Positions 50,698 to 60,332 of a stretch of DNA of 64,000 bases are shown one piece after another. Under the pieces are notes generated by a model. That model saw nothing but the letters and a program-made list of their open reading frames with translations, did no database searches and had not been told where the DNA came from. The stretch lies in NCBI GenBank assembly GCA_965116925.1, contig OZ220744.1:1184001-1248000 (forward strand). Reading direction: 5' to 3'. Each line of letters opens with the position of its first letter. The stretch's first letter is position 1. This stretch comes from Candidatus Poribacteria bacterium (lineage in GTDB: Bacteria; Poribacteria; WGA-4E; PCPOR2b). Both the position numbers and the translations under genes were made by a program.

Positions 50698-53193
50698 ATG
50701 AAACACTTCACGCTGCTCTTTCTCTCGCTTTTCATACTGAGTAGCACAGTGAACGCACAATTACAAAGCGGTCGTGTCCCCTTCGATTATCCCAATGAGC
50801 CTTTCGTCGAGTTTCGGTTTGATCTGGACCGCAGTATGATCGCCCTTGTTATGGAAGACATGGGGCCCGATACCGCCTCACTATTCAACACACTAAATCG
50901 CCTACACCTCCGTGCCTACAAGGCTAGTCATTTTGACAAAATTCTCGGTCATTACGGAACGAACTTGAAAATACGCAGGTGGAGCGCGCTAGAAAGACCC
51001 CAAAACTATCACCTATATACCCTCACGCAAGGCGAAACCGTTATCGGTGTCTTCATAATTGTCAAAAGCGAAAAGACAGTGTATCGGTACACTGGTGATC
51101 CGGGCAGAAAGGCACTGTACCTGATAAACATAGACGGTCGGCTCGCTCCAAAACAGGTCAGCAAACTGGTGGGCAATCTAAATCAGGTTGGCATTGATAT
51201 ACCTGAGCTGAGTGCATTCGATGGATGGCGTAATGCCACATCTGCCTCAACCTTGCTTCGGATGCCTGAAGGGGACCCGATTCATGAGGTGCAAATTCAG
51301 GCGAATCGAACAACCATTGAGTCGCAAATTAGAACGGTGCTTGAAAATGGTCCACATGAGATCATCGCGGCGATGACAACCTTGCGCAGCAAACTCCCGG
51401 CTATTCAGACGCTAACGGTCCGGATTGATGCACAAGGTGACAAACGCATCGCAACAATGGTTGTTACAGCGGAACTGGATACGGACGGTTCATCAACCAC
51501 ACCAACGGCTCACTCCGATGAACTCACACAGGAACAAGCTCCCCCAACACGGTTTCAGACTTCTGAGGGTAAACCGATTCACGAAATCCATATTCAAGGA
51601 AATCAGAAAATCATCGCGGCAGAGATTCAAACTGCGCTTGAAAATGGACCTGAGGACATCGTAAAAGCGATTGCCAGTTTACCCTTGCCCGACTTTAATC
51701 GGGTCGTTGTAGAAATCAAAGGGGACGATACGAGACGCGTCGCAACAATTATCGTCATAGCACAACCGGATGTGAGCCCTTTGCCAACCGCTTCACCCAC
51801 GGAGCTTTGGACTGCGGCGCGGGACCCGATTCACGAAATCCGGATCCAAGGCAACCAACAAATCAGTGAGGCAGAGATTCGAAATGTTCTTGAAAACGGA
51901 CCCGAGGAAATCGAAAAAGCGATTGACAATTTGAGAGATGCGCTACCCTATTTTAGTCGAATCTCCCTACAGTTTGAAAATGACGGCACGAGGCGCATTG
52001 CGATAATTACCGTTGTGGAAAGAAGGCTCTCTTCCGACTATTATATTCATCCGGCACCTCTCGTTCATTTTAATCGCGTTACTGGTTGGCTGCTTGGTGC
52101 CCATCTTGAAGTGGGAAAACGGAGGCAGATAGGTCCACTCTGGCTGTGGAACATTCCCAGTTCCGTTACAGCACATCTTTCAAAGTTCTATGGCGAGATT
52201 GGCTATGGGTTTGGAAATCAGGATTTCAATTACCGGGTGGGCGGAGATATGATCTGGGGTCAACCCGACGTATCAAGTCTAAGCGTCTCCGCTCAAATCC
52301 ATCGGGCTACAACCGCCGTTGCTCCTGAACTCTTCCCACACTATGGCGGTGTGTCAGATGCTTTCTGGGCACTCGGATTTCATAACTACTATCTGAGCAA
52401 AGGTGTCGAAACGTCGTTTCGATGGGAGCCGGTAATCCCAACACATTCGCTCAGATTGACGATGCGTGCCGAGTCGCATGAGAGTCTACAAAAGACTACA
52501 GATTGGCAATTCGGAGATTGGGGTTCAGACTCGGAGGCGGAAGAAAATCCCCCAATAACCCCTGGCCAAATGCGGAGTGTGGCACTGATATACAACTTAA
52601 ACACCCGACAAAACACTGGCGCGCACACTACCCCACAGATATCTTCGACAGGAGTCTCTGTACCTTTGCAAAACAGTAGTCTCGGCTGGCATAATACCCT
52701 ATTCATTGAACACAGCAATCCCGCTGTCGGTTCCGATTTTGATTTTACACGATTTCAGTTACAACTGCGGTATGCCGCTTCAAGAGGGGATCATCTTATC
52801 CGCACACGGTTGGTGTTGGGCACAGCCACAAGGGCACTACCGATTCAACGCCAATTTATTATCGGGGGCAGGGGAACGCTTAGCGGCTATCCGCTGTATG
52901 CGTTTGCAGGCGATCACGTCTCCCTACTCAATTTGGAATATTTCTACCGCCTGCCCATACCCAATCCATACGGCTGGGAGTTGTTAAAGCACGCGAAGAC
53001 GTATGCCATATTGTTCCTTGATCAAGGACAGGTCTGGAGCATGTCTGATAAGCCGTACCGCTTTGACCCGAAAACAAGTGTCGGGATAGGACTACAGTTT
53101 GGGCAGGAATCTCCTTTCAGATTTAACGTGTCCAAACCCTTGGAATCTGAGCGGGGAGTTAAATTCGATCTGATGTGGTACTCTAGTTTCTAG
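50698..53193 (+). CDS. outer-membrane protein paralog: DUF4252-like + 3 POTRA-like repeats + Omp85-type barrel
   Basis: Colinear with 47259-49406 plus one extra PIHEIxIQGN repeat; terminal Phe. Confidence 0.7.
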   Translation: MKHFTLLFLSLFILSSTVNAQLQSGRVPFDYPNEPFVEFRFDLDRSMIALVMEDMGPDTASLFNTLNRLHLRAYKASHFDKILGHYGTNLKIRRWSALERPQNYHLYTLTQGETVIGVFIIVKSEKTVYRYTGDPGRKALYLINIDGRLAPKQVSKLVGNLNQVGIDIPELSAFDGWRNATSASTLLRMPEGDPIHEVQIQANRTTIESQIRTVLENGPHEIIAAMTTLRSKLPAIQTLTVRIDAQGDKRIATMVVTAELDTDGSSTTPTAHSDELTQEQAPPTRFQTSEGKPIHEIHIQGNQKIIAAEIQTALENGPEDIVKAIASLPLPDFNRVVVEIKGDDTRRVATIIVIAQPDVSPLPTASPTELWTAARDPIHEIRIQGNQQISEAEIRNVLENGPEEIEKAIDNLRDALPYFSRISLQFENDGTRRIAIITVVERRLSSDYYIHPAPLVHFNRVTGWLLGAHLEVGKRRQIGPLWLWNIPSSVTAHLSKFYGEIGYGFGNQDFNYRVGGDMIWGQPDVSSLSVSAQIHRATTAVAPELFPHYGGVSDAFWALGFHNYYLSKGVETSFRWEPVIPTHSLRLTMRAESHESLQKTTDWQFGDWGSDSEAEENPPITPGQMRSVALIYNLNTRQNTGAHTTPQISSTGVSVPLQNSSLGWHNTLFIEHSNPAVGSDFDFTRFQLQLRYAASRGDHLIRTRLVLGTATRALPIQRQFIIGGRGTLSGYPLYAFAGDHVSLLNLEYFYRLPIPNPYGWELLKHAKTYAILFLDQGQVWSMSDKPYRFDPKTSVGIGLQFGQESPFRFNVSKPLESERGVKFDLMWYSSF

Positions 53194-53200
53194 TAAGACA

Positions 53201-53354
53201 TAGGAGTTACGCACTTCAGATTGTAGTTGCCCGATTCATCGGGCGTCAAAGGTTATATTTAGGCTCTACGCCCATCGTAGGCGGGGCATCTTGCCCCGTA
53301 TTGGTGATAAACCATCGAATTATAACGCCTCATGACTCAACTGCGTAACTCCTA
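53201..53354. mobile_element. MITE-like element family A, copy 4
   Basis: AGACA|TAGGAGTTACGCA...TGCGTAACTCCTA|AGACA: perfect TIR and 5-bp target duplication. Confidence 0.85.
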
Positions 53355-53404
53355 AGACAATTGAGCGCAGCAATATACACACATCTGAAAGGTAACCATC
53401 AACT

Positions 53405-54382
53405 ATGTCCGAAATCCAACTCCGTCCCGCCCATAGGCAGACAACCGCTGCTACTCGCGTTATCGCGCAGCATGTTGAACCCACCCCTCTGAAGAAAGAG
53501 ACAACCTTCAGCGAATCCTTGAACGCAGATGTATTTGTTAAGTATGAATTTCTAAACCCCGTTAGATCCTTCAAGATCCGAGGGGCGTTGAATCTTGCCC
53601 ATACACTTGCGAACGATAAAACCGTGTCAAGAGTTATCACCGTTTCTACGGGAAATCACGGTGCGGCCATGGCGTTTGCCTGTCAGGAATACAACCTTTC
53701 GCTCACCGTTGGCGTGCCCGTCAATTGTGATCAGAGCAAACTTGAGTTAATCCGTCAATTTGGTGGGGAAATAGAGATGATCGGCCGAGATCTGGACGAA
53801 ACTAAGGAGCTGCTGCAGGGACGGCCACTCTCACCGGATACCGTCTTTATTGAGGATGGCTCCTGTCCCGAAATCGTCGCCGGCACCTCCACAATCGGGG
53901 CGGAAATTGTTCAGCAATTACCCAACGTAGAGGTTGTAATTGTACCGGTCGGGAACGGTGCATTAATCGGCGGAATTGGGACGGGGCTCAAGGAATTCAA
54001 CCCATCCATCCGTGTGATCGGTGTCCAATCCGATTTGGCACCTTGCATGGCGTTGTCGTTTGAAGCAGGTCACGCTGTGGACACGGAAAGTTGTGACACC
54101 TTTGCCACCGGCATGGCGGTACGGGTATCAATTCCGGAAGCGGTGGATCTGATGCTAGCAGTTGTGGAGGAGATGTGGGTAGTATCCGAAACCGATTTGA
54201 AAGAGGCAATGGGTGCCTTCTATAATCATACCGGATACCTTCCAGAAGGTGCCGGCGTGGCACCTTTAGCCGCAGCATTGAAGATGCGTACTGCTTTAGA
54301 AGGCAAGACAATCTGTCTAGTCGCTTCAGGCGCGAATGTGGATGACGCACTGCAGCAAGAAATTAAAGAAAAATTCGTGTGA
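53405..54382 (+). CDS. PLP-dependent threonine/serine dehydratase family
   Basis: SFKIRGA, STGNHG, PVGNGALIGG, SGAN. Confidence 0.88.
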   Translation: MSEIQLRPAHRQTTAATRVIAQHVEPTPLKKETTFSESLNADVFVKYEFLNPVRSFKIRGALNLAHTLANDKTVSRVITVSTGNHGAAMAFACQEYNLSLTVGVPVNCDQSKLELIRQFGGEIEMIGRDLDETKELLQGRPLSPDTVFIEDGSCPEIVAGTSTIGAEIVQQLPNVEVVIVPVGNGALIGGIGTGLKEFNPSIRVIGVQSDLAPCMALSFEAGHAVDTESCDTFATGMAVRVSIPEAVDLMLAVVEEMWVVSETDLKEAMGAFYNHTGYLPEGAGVAPLAAALKMRTALEGKTICLVASGANVDDALQQEIKEKFV

Positions 54383-54445
54383 ACTATTGCATTCTAGTGT
54401 ATAATCTATTCTGAACAGCAATCTAGCCTTGCAAAGATTAAACAC

Positions 54446-54511
54446 TAGGACTTACGCAGCCAACCGTAGGCGGGGCATCTGGTTTCCCCGCGCTGAAACG
54501 CGTAAATCTTA
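54446..54511. mobile_element. MITE-like element family A, copy 5 (short)
   Basis: AACAC|TAGGACTTACGCA...CGCGTAAATCTTA|AGCAC; same interior hairpin as 22614. Confidence 0.7.
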
Positions 54512-54549
54512 AGCACCTTTGCAGGGATGCAAAAAGGAGAAATATCATC

Positions 54550-55347
54550 ATGCCAGATTTCAAAGATAAAATCGTAATTGTCACCGGCGGTGTCAGAGGC
54601 ATCGGCGGCGGTATCAGCCGGGCTTTCGCTGAAGAAGGTGCTAGCGTCCTCTGTGCGGACTTGGACGAAGACTCCGGGGTACAACTCGTAGAAGAATCCG
54701 CAAGCATGGAAGGAACTGTTCGTTTCCTGAAGGCAGATGTTGCCCACAGCAGCGAGTGCCGAGGAGCTGTCGAAACAGCGGTATCAGAATGGGGTGGAGT
54801 GGATGTCCTCTGCAATAACGTCGGCATCCAGCCGGCGAATAGCTACTTGCCTGCCCACGAGTTTCCGGAGGAGATGTGGGATCGCATCATTGATGTCAAT
54901 CTCAAGAGCTTCTTCCTCATGACCAAATACTGCGTCCCAGAGATGAAAAAGCGGGGAGGCGGTGCTATTATCAATACCGCTAGTGTTCAGGGATTGCAGT
55001 CAATGCTAGGCGTATCTGCCTATGCAGCCAGTAAGGGTGGTGCCCTCTCCCTGACCCGTCAGCTGGCTCTGGAGTATGCCGAAGACAATATTCGGGTGCT
55101 GGCGGTCAATCCCGGAACGATTGACACGCCATTGGTAGCGGAAGCTGTAGACTTCATGGGAGGCGATTTAGAAAGCCTCAAGAAGCTATGGGGCAAGGCG
55201 CATCCGATGGGACGCATCGGTCAACCCAGAGAAATTGCCAATGTCGTTCTGTTCCTTGCTAGTGACAAAGCGTCCTTCATGACCGGCGAATACGTTTGTG
55301 TTGATGGTGGGATGATGGCAAAAGGTGCTTGGGCGGACAGCGAGTGA
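54550..55347 (+). CDS. short-chain dehydrogenase/reductase
   Basis: TGGVRGIG, NNVG, YAASK, PGTIDT. Confidence 0.92.
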   Translation: MPDFKDKIVIVTGGVRGIGGGISRAFAEEGASVLCADLDEDSGVQLVEESASMEGTVRFLKADVAHSSECRGAVETAVSEWGGVDVLCNNVGIQPANSYLPAHEFPEEMWDRIIDVNLKSFFLMTKYCVPEMKKRGGGAIINTASVQGLQSMLGVSAYAASKGGALSLTRQLALEYAEDNIRVLAVNPGTIDTPLVAEAVDFMGGDLESLKKLWGKAHPMGRIGQPREIANVVLFLASDKASFMTGEYVCVDGGMMAKGAWADSE

Positions 55348-55373
55348 GGAGGAACCTGGGGTGAGGAGAAGCC

Positions 55374-56336
55374 GTGATGAATAACGCCCAGATGTTGACC
55401 GACGGAATTTCTGATGAGCGCGCTTGGCGAGCGAGTACCATCGATGATACTACAGCTTGGTACTACCCGTTATCCGAGGGGTGTCTCTCCAGTTTTAGAC
55501 GCATCATCCGTGACGCACATCGTCAGTCGCGACCGATTACAGAGATTTACCGTCCCTCTGCCTTGTCCAATGGCTGCGGCGAATGCCTTCAACCGGCACT
55601 TGACGCGCTCAATTCGGGGCGTGGTTTTGCTATCGTCGAACGGGTGCCAATTGAACAGTATACAGTACAAGAAGCACTGGCCATGTACTGGTTAATTGGT
55701 CAATTCCTCGGTAGCCCGATGGAGCAGAACATTCAAGGTACGCTGCTGTACGATGTGCGAGATACGGGGCAAAATGTGGCGCAAGGGGCTCGGTTTTCGG
55801 TAACTAATGCCGAGAGCTCGTTTCATAACGATAACTCCTTCGGTGAGACACTACCCGATCTCGTGGGACTGCTCTGCCTGCATACGGCAAAGTCTGGCGG
55901 ACAGAGCCAACTTATCAGCGGCTACGCCCTCCACAATGAACTGCTGGAGAATCATCCTGATGTTCTCGAAACCCTCTATCAGCTGTTCTGTTTTGATCGT
56001 CGAGGACAGTTCAAAGCCGGGGAAGACCCTACCTCTCAATTCCCGATCTTCCAGTGGAGTGGGGACGAACTGACGCTCCGATACCTGCACTACTACATCC
56101 AAGTAGGTCATGAGCGTGCTGGTAAAATGCTGACCACGGATCAGAAAAAGGCACTGGACGTTGTGGAGGGGTTGCTGTGTCGCGCAGATTTCAGAGTAGA
56201 ATTCAACCTACAACCGGGGCAGATGCTATTCACTAACAACCGCTGGATCCTGCACAATCGCACCGCATTTGAAGACTATACCGATCCGGAACGCCGGCGA
56301 CATTATGTGCGCCTCTGGTTACGCCGGGAAGAATAG
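55374..56336 (+). CDS. TauD/TfdA family Fe/2OG dioxygenase
   Basis: FHND, NNRWILHNRTAFED, RRHYVRLW. Confidence 0.85.
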   Translation: MMNNAQMLTDGISDERAWRASTIDDTTAWYYPLSEGCLSSFRRIIRDAHRQSRPITEIYRPSALSNGCGECLQPALDALNSGRGFAIVERVPIEQYTVQEALAMYWLIGQFLGSPMEQNIQGTLLYDVRDTGQNVAQGARFSVTNAESSFHNDNSFGETLPDLVGLLCLHTAKSGGQSQLISGYALHNELLENHPDVLETLYQLFCFDRRGQFKAGEDPTSQFPIFQWSGDELTLRYLHYYIQVGHERAGKMLTTDQKKALDVVEGLLCRADFRVEFNLQPGQMLFTNNRWILHNRTAFEDYTDPERRRHYVRLWLRREE

Positions 56337-56435
56337 AGTGAGGGAACACAGGAACGCGGAGACGCCAAAAAATATTCTTAGCGACATTGCGGCTTTGCGT
56401 TAAATTTTCTTAAGAGATGCAGAAAGGAAAAGGAT

Positions 56436-57233
56436 ATGACTCGTATTATCATTGATGGTGCTTGCGGGAAAATGGGTAAGATGATTACGCAAGGCGTTTC
56501 AGAACAAGAAGATATGCAGATTGTCGGTGCTATCGAATTCTCTGAGCATCCGCAACTTGGGCAGGATGTAGGGGAAGTCGCCGGAATTGGGGCAATCGGT
56601 GTGCCTGTTACCAGCGATCTGCCTGCAATTCTGGAGGGCGGAGACGTTGTGATCGAGTTCACATCGCCAAGTGCAACCGTTGAACATCTCCAGAATGTTG
56701 TGGACGCCGGAAAGCGGATGGTCATCGCAACGACAGGATATGATGAAGAGGAATTGGCACAGGTACACGCACTTGCACCGCAGATCCCATGTGTGATGGC
56801 ATCCAACATGAGCGTCGGCATCAATGTCATGTTGCAAGCCATTCAACTCGTTGCGAAGGTACTTGGGGACGACTACGATGTTGAGGTTATTGAAGCACAC
56901 CATAACCAGAAGGTAGACTCGCCGAGTGGGACTGCCCTAACGATGGCTGAGGTCCTTGCTGAAACATTAGACAGAGATCTTGCGGAAGTTGGCGTGTACG
57001 GTAGACACGGCATTGTTGGCGCGCGTCCCAAGAAGGAGATCGGTGTCCATGCCATTCGAGGTGGTGACCTTGCCGGTGACCACACGGTTCTATTTGTCGG
57101 TACGGGCGATCGCCTTGAGATTACACATCGCGGTCAAAACCGTGAACCGCTTGCACGGGGAGCGATTCGTGCGGCAAGGTGGGTGATGAACGCACCGAAG
57201 GGCTTGCATGACATCGCGGAAGTTCTGTTCTAA
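56436..57233 (+). CDS. dapB: 4-hydroxy-tetrahydrodipicolinate reductase
   Basis: GACGKMG, EAHHNQKVDSPSGTA, IRGGD. Confidence 0.95.
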   Translation: MTRIIIDGACGKMGKMITQGVSEQEDMQIVGAIEFSEHPQLGQDVGEVAGIGAIGVPVTSDLPAILEGGDVVIEFTSPSATVEHLQNVVDAGKRMVIATTGYDEEELAQVHALAPQIPCVMASNMSVGINVMLQAIQLVAKVLGDDYDVEVIEAHHNQKVDSPSGTALTMAEVLAETLDRDLAEVGVYGRHGIVGARPKKEIGVHAIRGGDLAGDHTVLFVGTGDRLEITHRGQNREPLARGAIRAARWVMNAPKGLHDIAEVLF

Positions 57234-57291
57234 AGTGTGAAATGGGACTGGCGGTGATCTTTTTGCGATCCGCGGCGGTTAGGGAGTGGTT

Positions 57292-57942
57292 TCACTTGCC
57301 GGTTTGTCCGTCCCGCAAATCGGCGATTTCCTGCATAATCTGCTCACCCATTTGCCGGTATAACTCGCGTTTGTCCTCGATCTGTTTTACCTCTGTGAAA
57401 TCCATGGGCGTGCCAAAGGTTACGGAAAGTTGGGCGGGATAAATCCATTTCGCATTCCGGGGAAGTATCGTTCCTTTGAGATAAGCCGGAATGGCAGGAA
57501 CCCCTGCGTTATGAGCGATAAAACTGACACCACCATGCGCTTTGCCCAGTGTGCCATCGACGCTGCGTGTGCCTTCGGGAAAGATGAGAACTACTTTTCC
57601 TGATTTCAGGAGGGAGATAGTGTGTCGCAGTGCAGCGCGATCTGCCGTGCCACGTCGCACCGGATACGCATTGTGTGCAGCGATCAGCGGACCTATTAGT
57701 GGCATTTCAAAAGAATCATGCCTTGCCATAAAGTACAACTCTCGGTTCGCCGCGGAACCCACGATGAAGGGATCTAGATAGCTCCGATGGTTGCATAAGA
57801 TCAAGATGCCACCTTGCCGTGGAATATTCTCATTACCGTGGGATTCTAGTTTGCCGAAAACATTAAAGATAAAATTGGTAATTCGGTGTGACCAACGATA
57901 TGGGAGTTGATCTGTCCAGAATCCGAAATCGTGACGTCGCAT
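57292..57942 (-). CDS. plsC: 1-acyl-sn-glycerol-3-phosphate acyltransferase
   Basis: NHRSYLD, FPEGTRS; downstream of cmk. Confidence 0.88.
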   Translation of the reverse strand: MRRHDFGFWTDQLPYRWSHRITNFIFNVFGKLESHGNENIPRQGGILILCNHRSYLDPFIVGSAANRELYFMARHDSFEMPLIGPLIAAHNAYPVRRGTADRAALRHTISLLKSGKVVLIFPEGTRSVDGTLGKAHGGVSFIAHNAGVPAIPAYLKGTILPRNAKWIYPAQLSVTFGTPMDFTEVKQIEDKRELYRQMGEQIMQEIADLRDGQTGK

Positions 57943-58604
57943 TAGCTTTCCTCTACTCGGTTTAGAACGAAATCCACAGCTTGGTTGATGGTCATGCTAG
58001 TCGTATCTACGACAATTGCATCTTCGGCGGTTCGCAACGGGCTGTGCTCACGCGATTCGTCCATCTGATCTCGGCTGCGAATCTCTGTTTCGACCTGCTT
58101 CAATGTTGTTTCAATGCCTTTTGCTTTCTGTTCTTTGAAACGGCGTTTCGCGCGCTCTTCGACGGAAGCGTTAATGTAAAATTTCAGGTCCGCGTCCGGG
58201 AACACAACGGTCGTAACATCACGGCCCTCAACGATGATGCCGCCTTTTTCTCCAATCCGACGTTGTTGTTTCACCATTTCATGCCGTACTTCAGGGACCT
58301 TTGCAATATCGATAATGACACGATCAATTTCTGGGGTGCGAAGGGCATCCGATACATTTTCCCCATCCAACAGGGTAGTCTTACCATTGTCTATGAAATC
58401 AATCCGGCAACTCTTCGCTAGCTTGGTTAGCATAGGCACATTCGTCGGATCGCCCCCTGCTCGGATGGATAAAAGCGTCATCGCACGATACATCGAACCT
58501 GAATTTAGATAAAGGTAGTCTAACTTTTCAGCGAGCCGTTGGGCAATCGTGCTTTTTCCTGAACCGGCGGGACCATCCATTGCAATCGTTAAGCGTTCCT
58601 TCAT
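57942..58604 (-). CDS. cmk: cytidylate kinase
   Basis: DGPAGSGKST, SGSMYR, EGRD, RAKRR. Confidence 0.95.
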   Translation of the reverse strand: MKERLTIAMDGPAGSGKSTIAQRLAEKLDYLYLNSGSMYRAMTLLSIRAGGDPTNVPMLTKLAKSCRIDFIDNGKTTLLDGENVSDALRTPEIDRVIIDIAKVPEVRHEMVKQQRRIGEKGGIIVEGRDVTTVVFPDADLKFYINASVEERAKRRFKEQKAKGIETTLKQVETEIRSRDQMDESREHSPLRTAEDAIVVDTTSMTINQAVDFVLNRVEES

Positions 58605-59491
58605 CAGTCCTCCAGTGTATCCCTTAGCTTTTTTGCGTGTGCCAAGAGACGTTCAATTTCAACATCGTCTCGGTTTTCCAGTAAGGTTTTGAATTCAGCG
58701 AGATTTTCGATTGTTGAATCAATCATCGGTAGCAGCGAGTGGGCATTTTGCATGAAGATCGCCCTCCAAAGCGACGGTGAACCCGCAGCAATGCGCGTTG
58801 TATCGCGAAAACCTGTTGCAGCAAAATCGAGTGCTTTTACTGTGTTGTTACCGATCTCTCCTACTGTGTTGGTTAGAATAGAAGCGATGAGGTGGGGTAG
58901 GTGGCTCGCACCCGCAATGAGCAAATCGTGTTCAGCTGGAGAGAGATGACAGACCTGTGTGTCAACAAATTGCCAAAGGTCCGTAACAAGTTTCAACGCC
59001 TGCGGGTGGGTGTTATCCGTTGGGGTCACAATACACTTTGCACCGTCAAACAGGTCTGGACGTGCCGCTGCAACGCTTGTCTGTTCCGAACCAGCCATCG
59101 GGTGGGATCCAACAAAATGCAGATCGGTAGCGGTTAAGAAGTTTTCAATCTCCTCAACGATTTGACCTTTGATGCTGCCAACATCGGTAATCAATAAGGG
59201 TCGAGTGTCAGATGTTCTGATTTCTGCGATACGTTGCACCATTTCGGGGATAAGATCGACCGGCGTTCCAACCACTACCAGATCCGCGTCATGTATTCCC
59301 GCGTGAAAATCAGTCGTTGCGTTGTCAACCGCACCGCGTTCGAGCGCGATGTCAAGCGTCTGCATCCGCCTACCGAGACCGGTAATCTCTCCGCGGAAGC
59401 CTTTGGCTTTCAACCCTAATCCGAGAGATCCACCGATTAAGCCGACACCTAAAATGGTTATGTTTCTGATTTGACTAAAGTCTGCAAACAT
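58604..59491 (-). CDS. tyrA: prephenate dehydrogenase
   Basis: GVGLIGGS, TDVGSIK, HPMAGSE, SHLPH, GFRDTTRIA. Confidence 0.92.
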   Translation of the reverse strand: MFADFSQIRNITILGVGLIGGSLGLGLKAKGFRGEITGLGRRMQTLDIALERGAVDNATTDFHAGIHDADLVVVGTPVDLIPEMVQRIAEIRTSDTRPLLITDVGSIKGQIVEEIENFLTATDLHFVGSHPMAGSEQTSVAAARPDLFDGAKCIVTPTDNTHPQALKLVTDLWQFVDTQVCHLSPAEHDLLIAGASHLPHLIASILTNTVGEIGNNTVKALDFAATGFRDTTRIAAGSPSLWRAIFMQNAHSLLPMIDSTIENLAEFKTLLENRDDVEIERLLAHAKKLRDTLED

Positions 59492-59638
59492 ATTTTCCCA
59501 TGCTCGCTCTCCGTGATGTGCTTCGGAGATTTTATTAGTTGCCAGCGTTTTTGTCAACAAAAAATTCCTGTTAAATGCAGAATACCCACGCTTTAATGTG
59601 TGGGAATGTTTCAAGAAAAGGGGGTTCCCAAAAGGACA

Positions 59639-60136
59639 TTGAAAAACCTAGAATTCAAAGCAAATTGTGATTCACTTAATGTGCTCCGCGGACGACTTGT
59701 GGAGCTCCAAGCCGAACATCGCCGTACAATGAAACAGCTTGACACCTATTTTAACGTCCCTCAAGGTAGGTTGAAACTGCGGGAGATCAATACCCACGAG
59801 GCAGAACTCATCTACTATGAGCGTTCCGATCTTGCAGAATCACGCTATAGCAATTATCAGATATGCGATATTCCTGAACCGCTGGCTTTCAAGCAGATCG
59901 CGACAATGGCTATGGGAGTCAAGGGTGTTGTTGAGAAGCGACGGGAGTTATGGATGTTTGGCGATACGCGCATCCATCTGGATGAGGTAAATGATCTCGG
60001 TCAGTTTGTTGAATTAGAGACAGTGATTCACAACCAAACGGAAGCGGAGGCACAGGCGGAACACCAACTTGTGAAGGAGGCACTCGGAATTCAGGAAGAA
60101 GATCTGGTCTCCGTATCGTATAGCGATCTGATTTGA
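59639..60136 (+). CDS. CYTH-domain protein (class IV adenylate cyclase-like)
   Basis: NLEFKA (ExK), DTYF, RLKLRE, HLDEV, FVELE, SYSDL; TTG start after AAAGGA. Confidence 0.85.
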   Translation: MKNLEFKANCDSLNVLRGRLVELQAEHRRTMKQLDTYFNVPQGRLKLREINTHEAELIYYERSDLAESRYSNYQICDIPEPLAFKQIATMAMGVKGVVEKRRELWMFGDTRIHLDEVNDLGQFVELETVIHNQTEAEAQAEHQLVKEALGIQEEDLVSVSYSDLI

Positions 60137-60159
60137 AAACTATTCGTATCTACCTAGTA

Positions 60160-60332
60160 CGTAGGTTGGGTTGAACGGTCAAATGCCAATCGCTATCAGC
60201 TACAATAGGGTTTCCGTCGTTCAATCGAATCTACTTATAGGTGGATTGAGTGAAACCCAACTGGATAAAGACTTGTGTAGGTCGATTTTCCGAAATCGAC
60301 ATTTCGATGCCGAAATGTGAATCGTGACCTAC
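60160..60332. repeat. cluster of GTAG-type REP-like hairpins
   Basis: GTAGGTTGGGTTGA..GAAACCCAAC; GTAGGTCGATTTTCCGAAATCGAC..GACCTAC. Confidence 0.65.
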
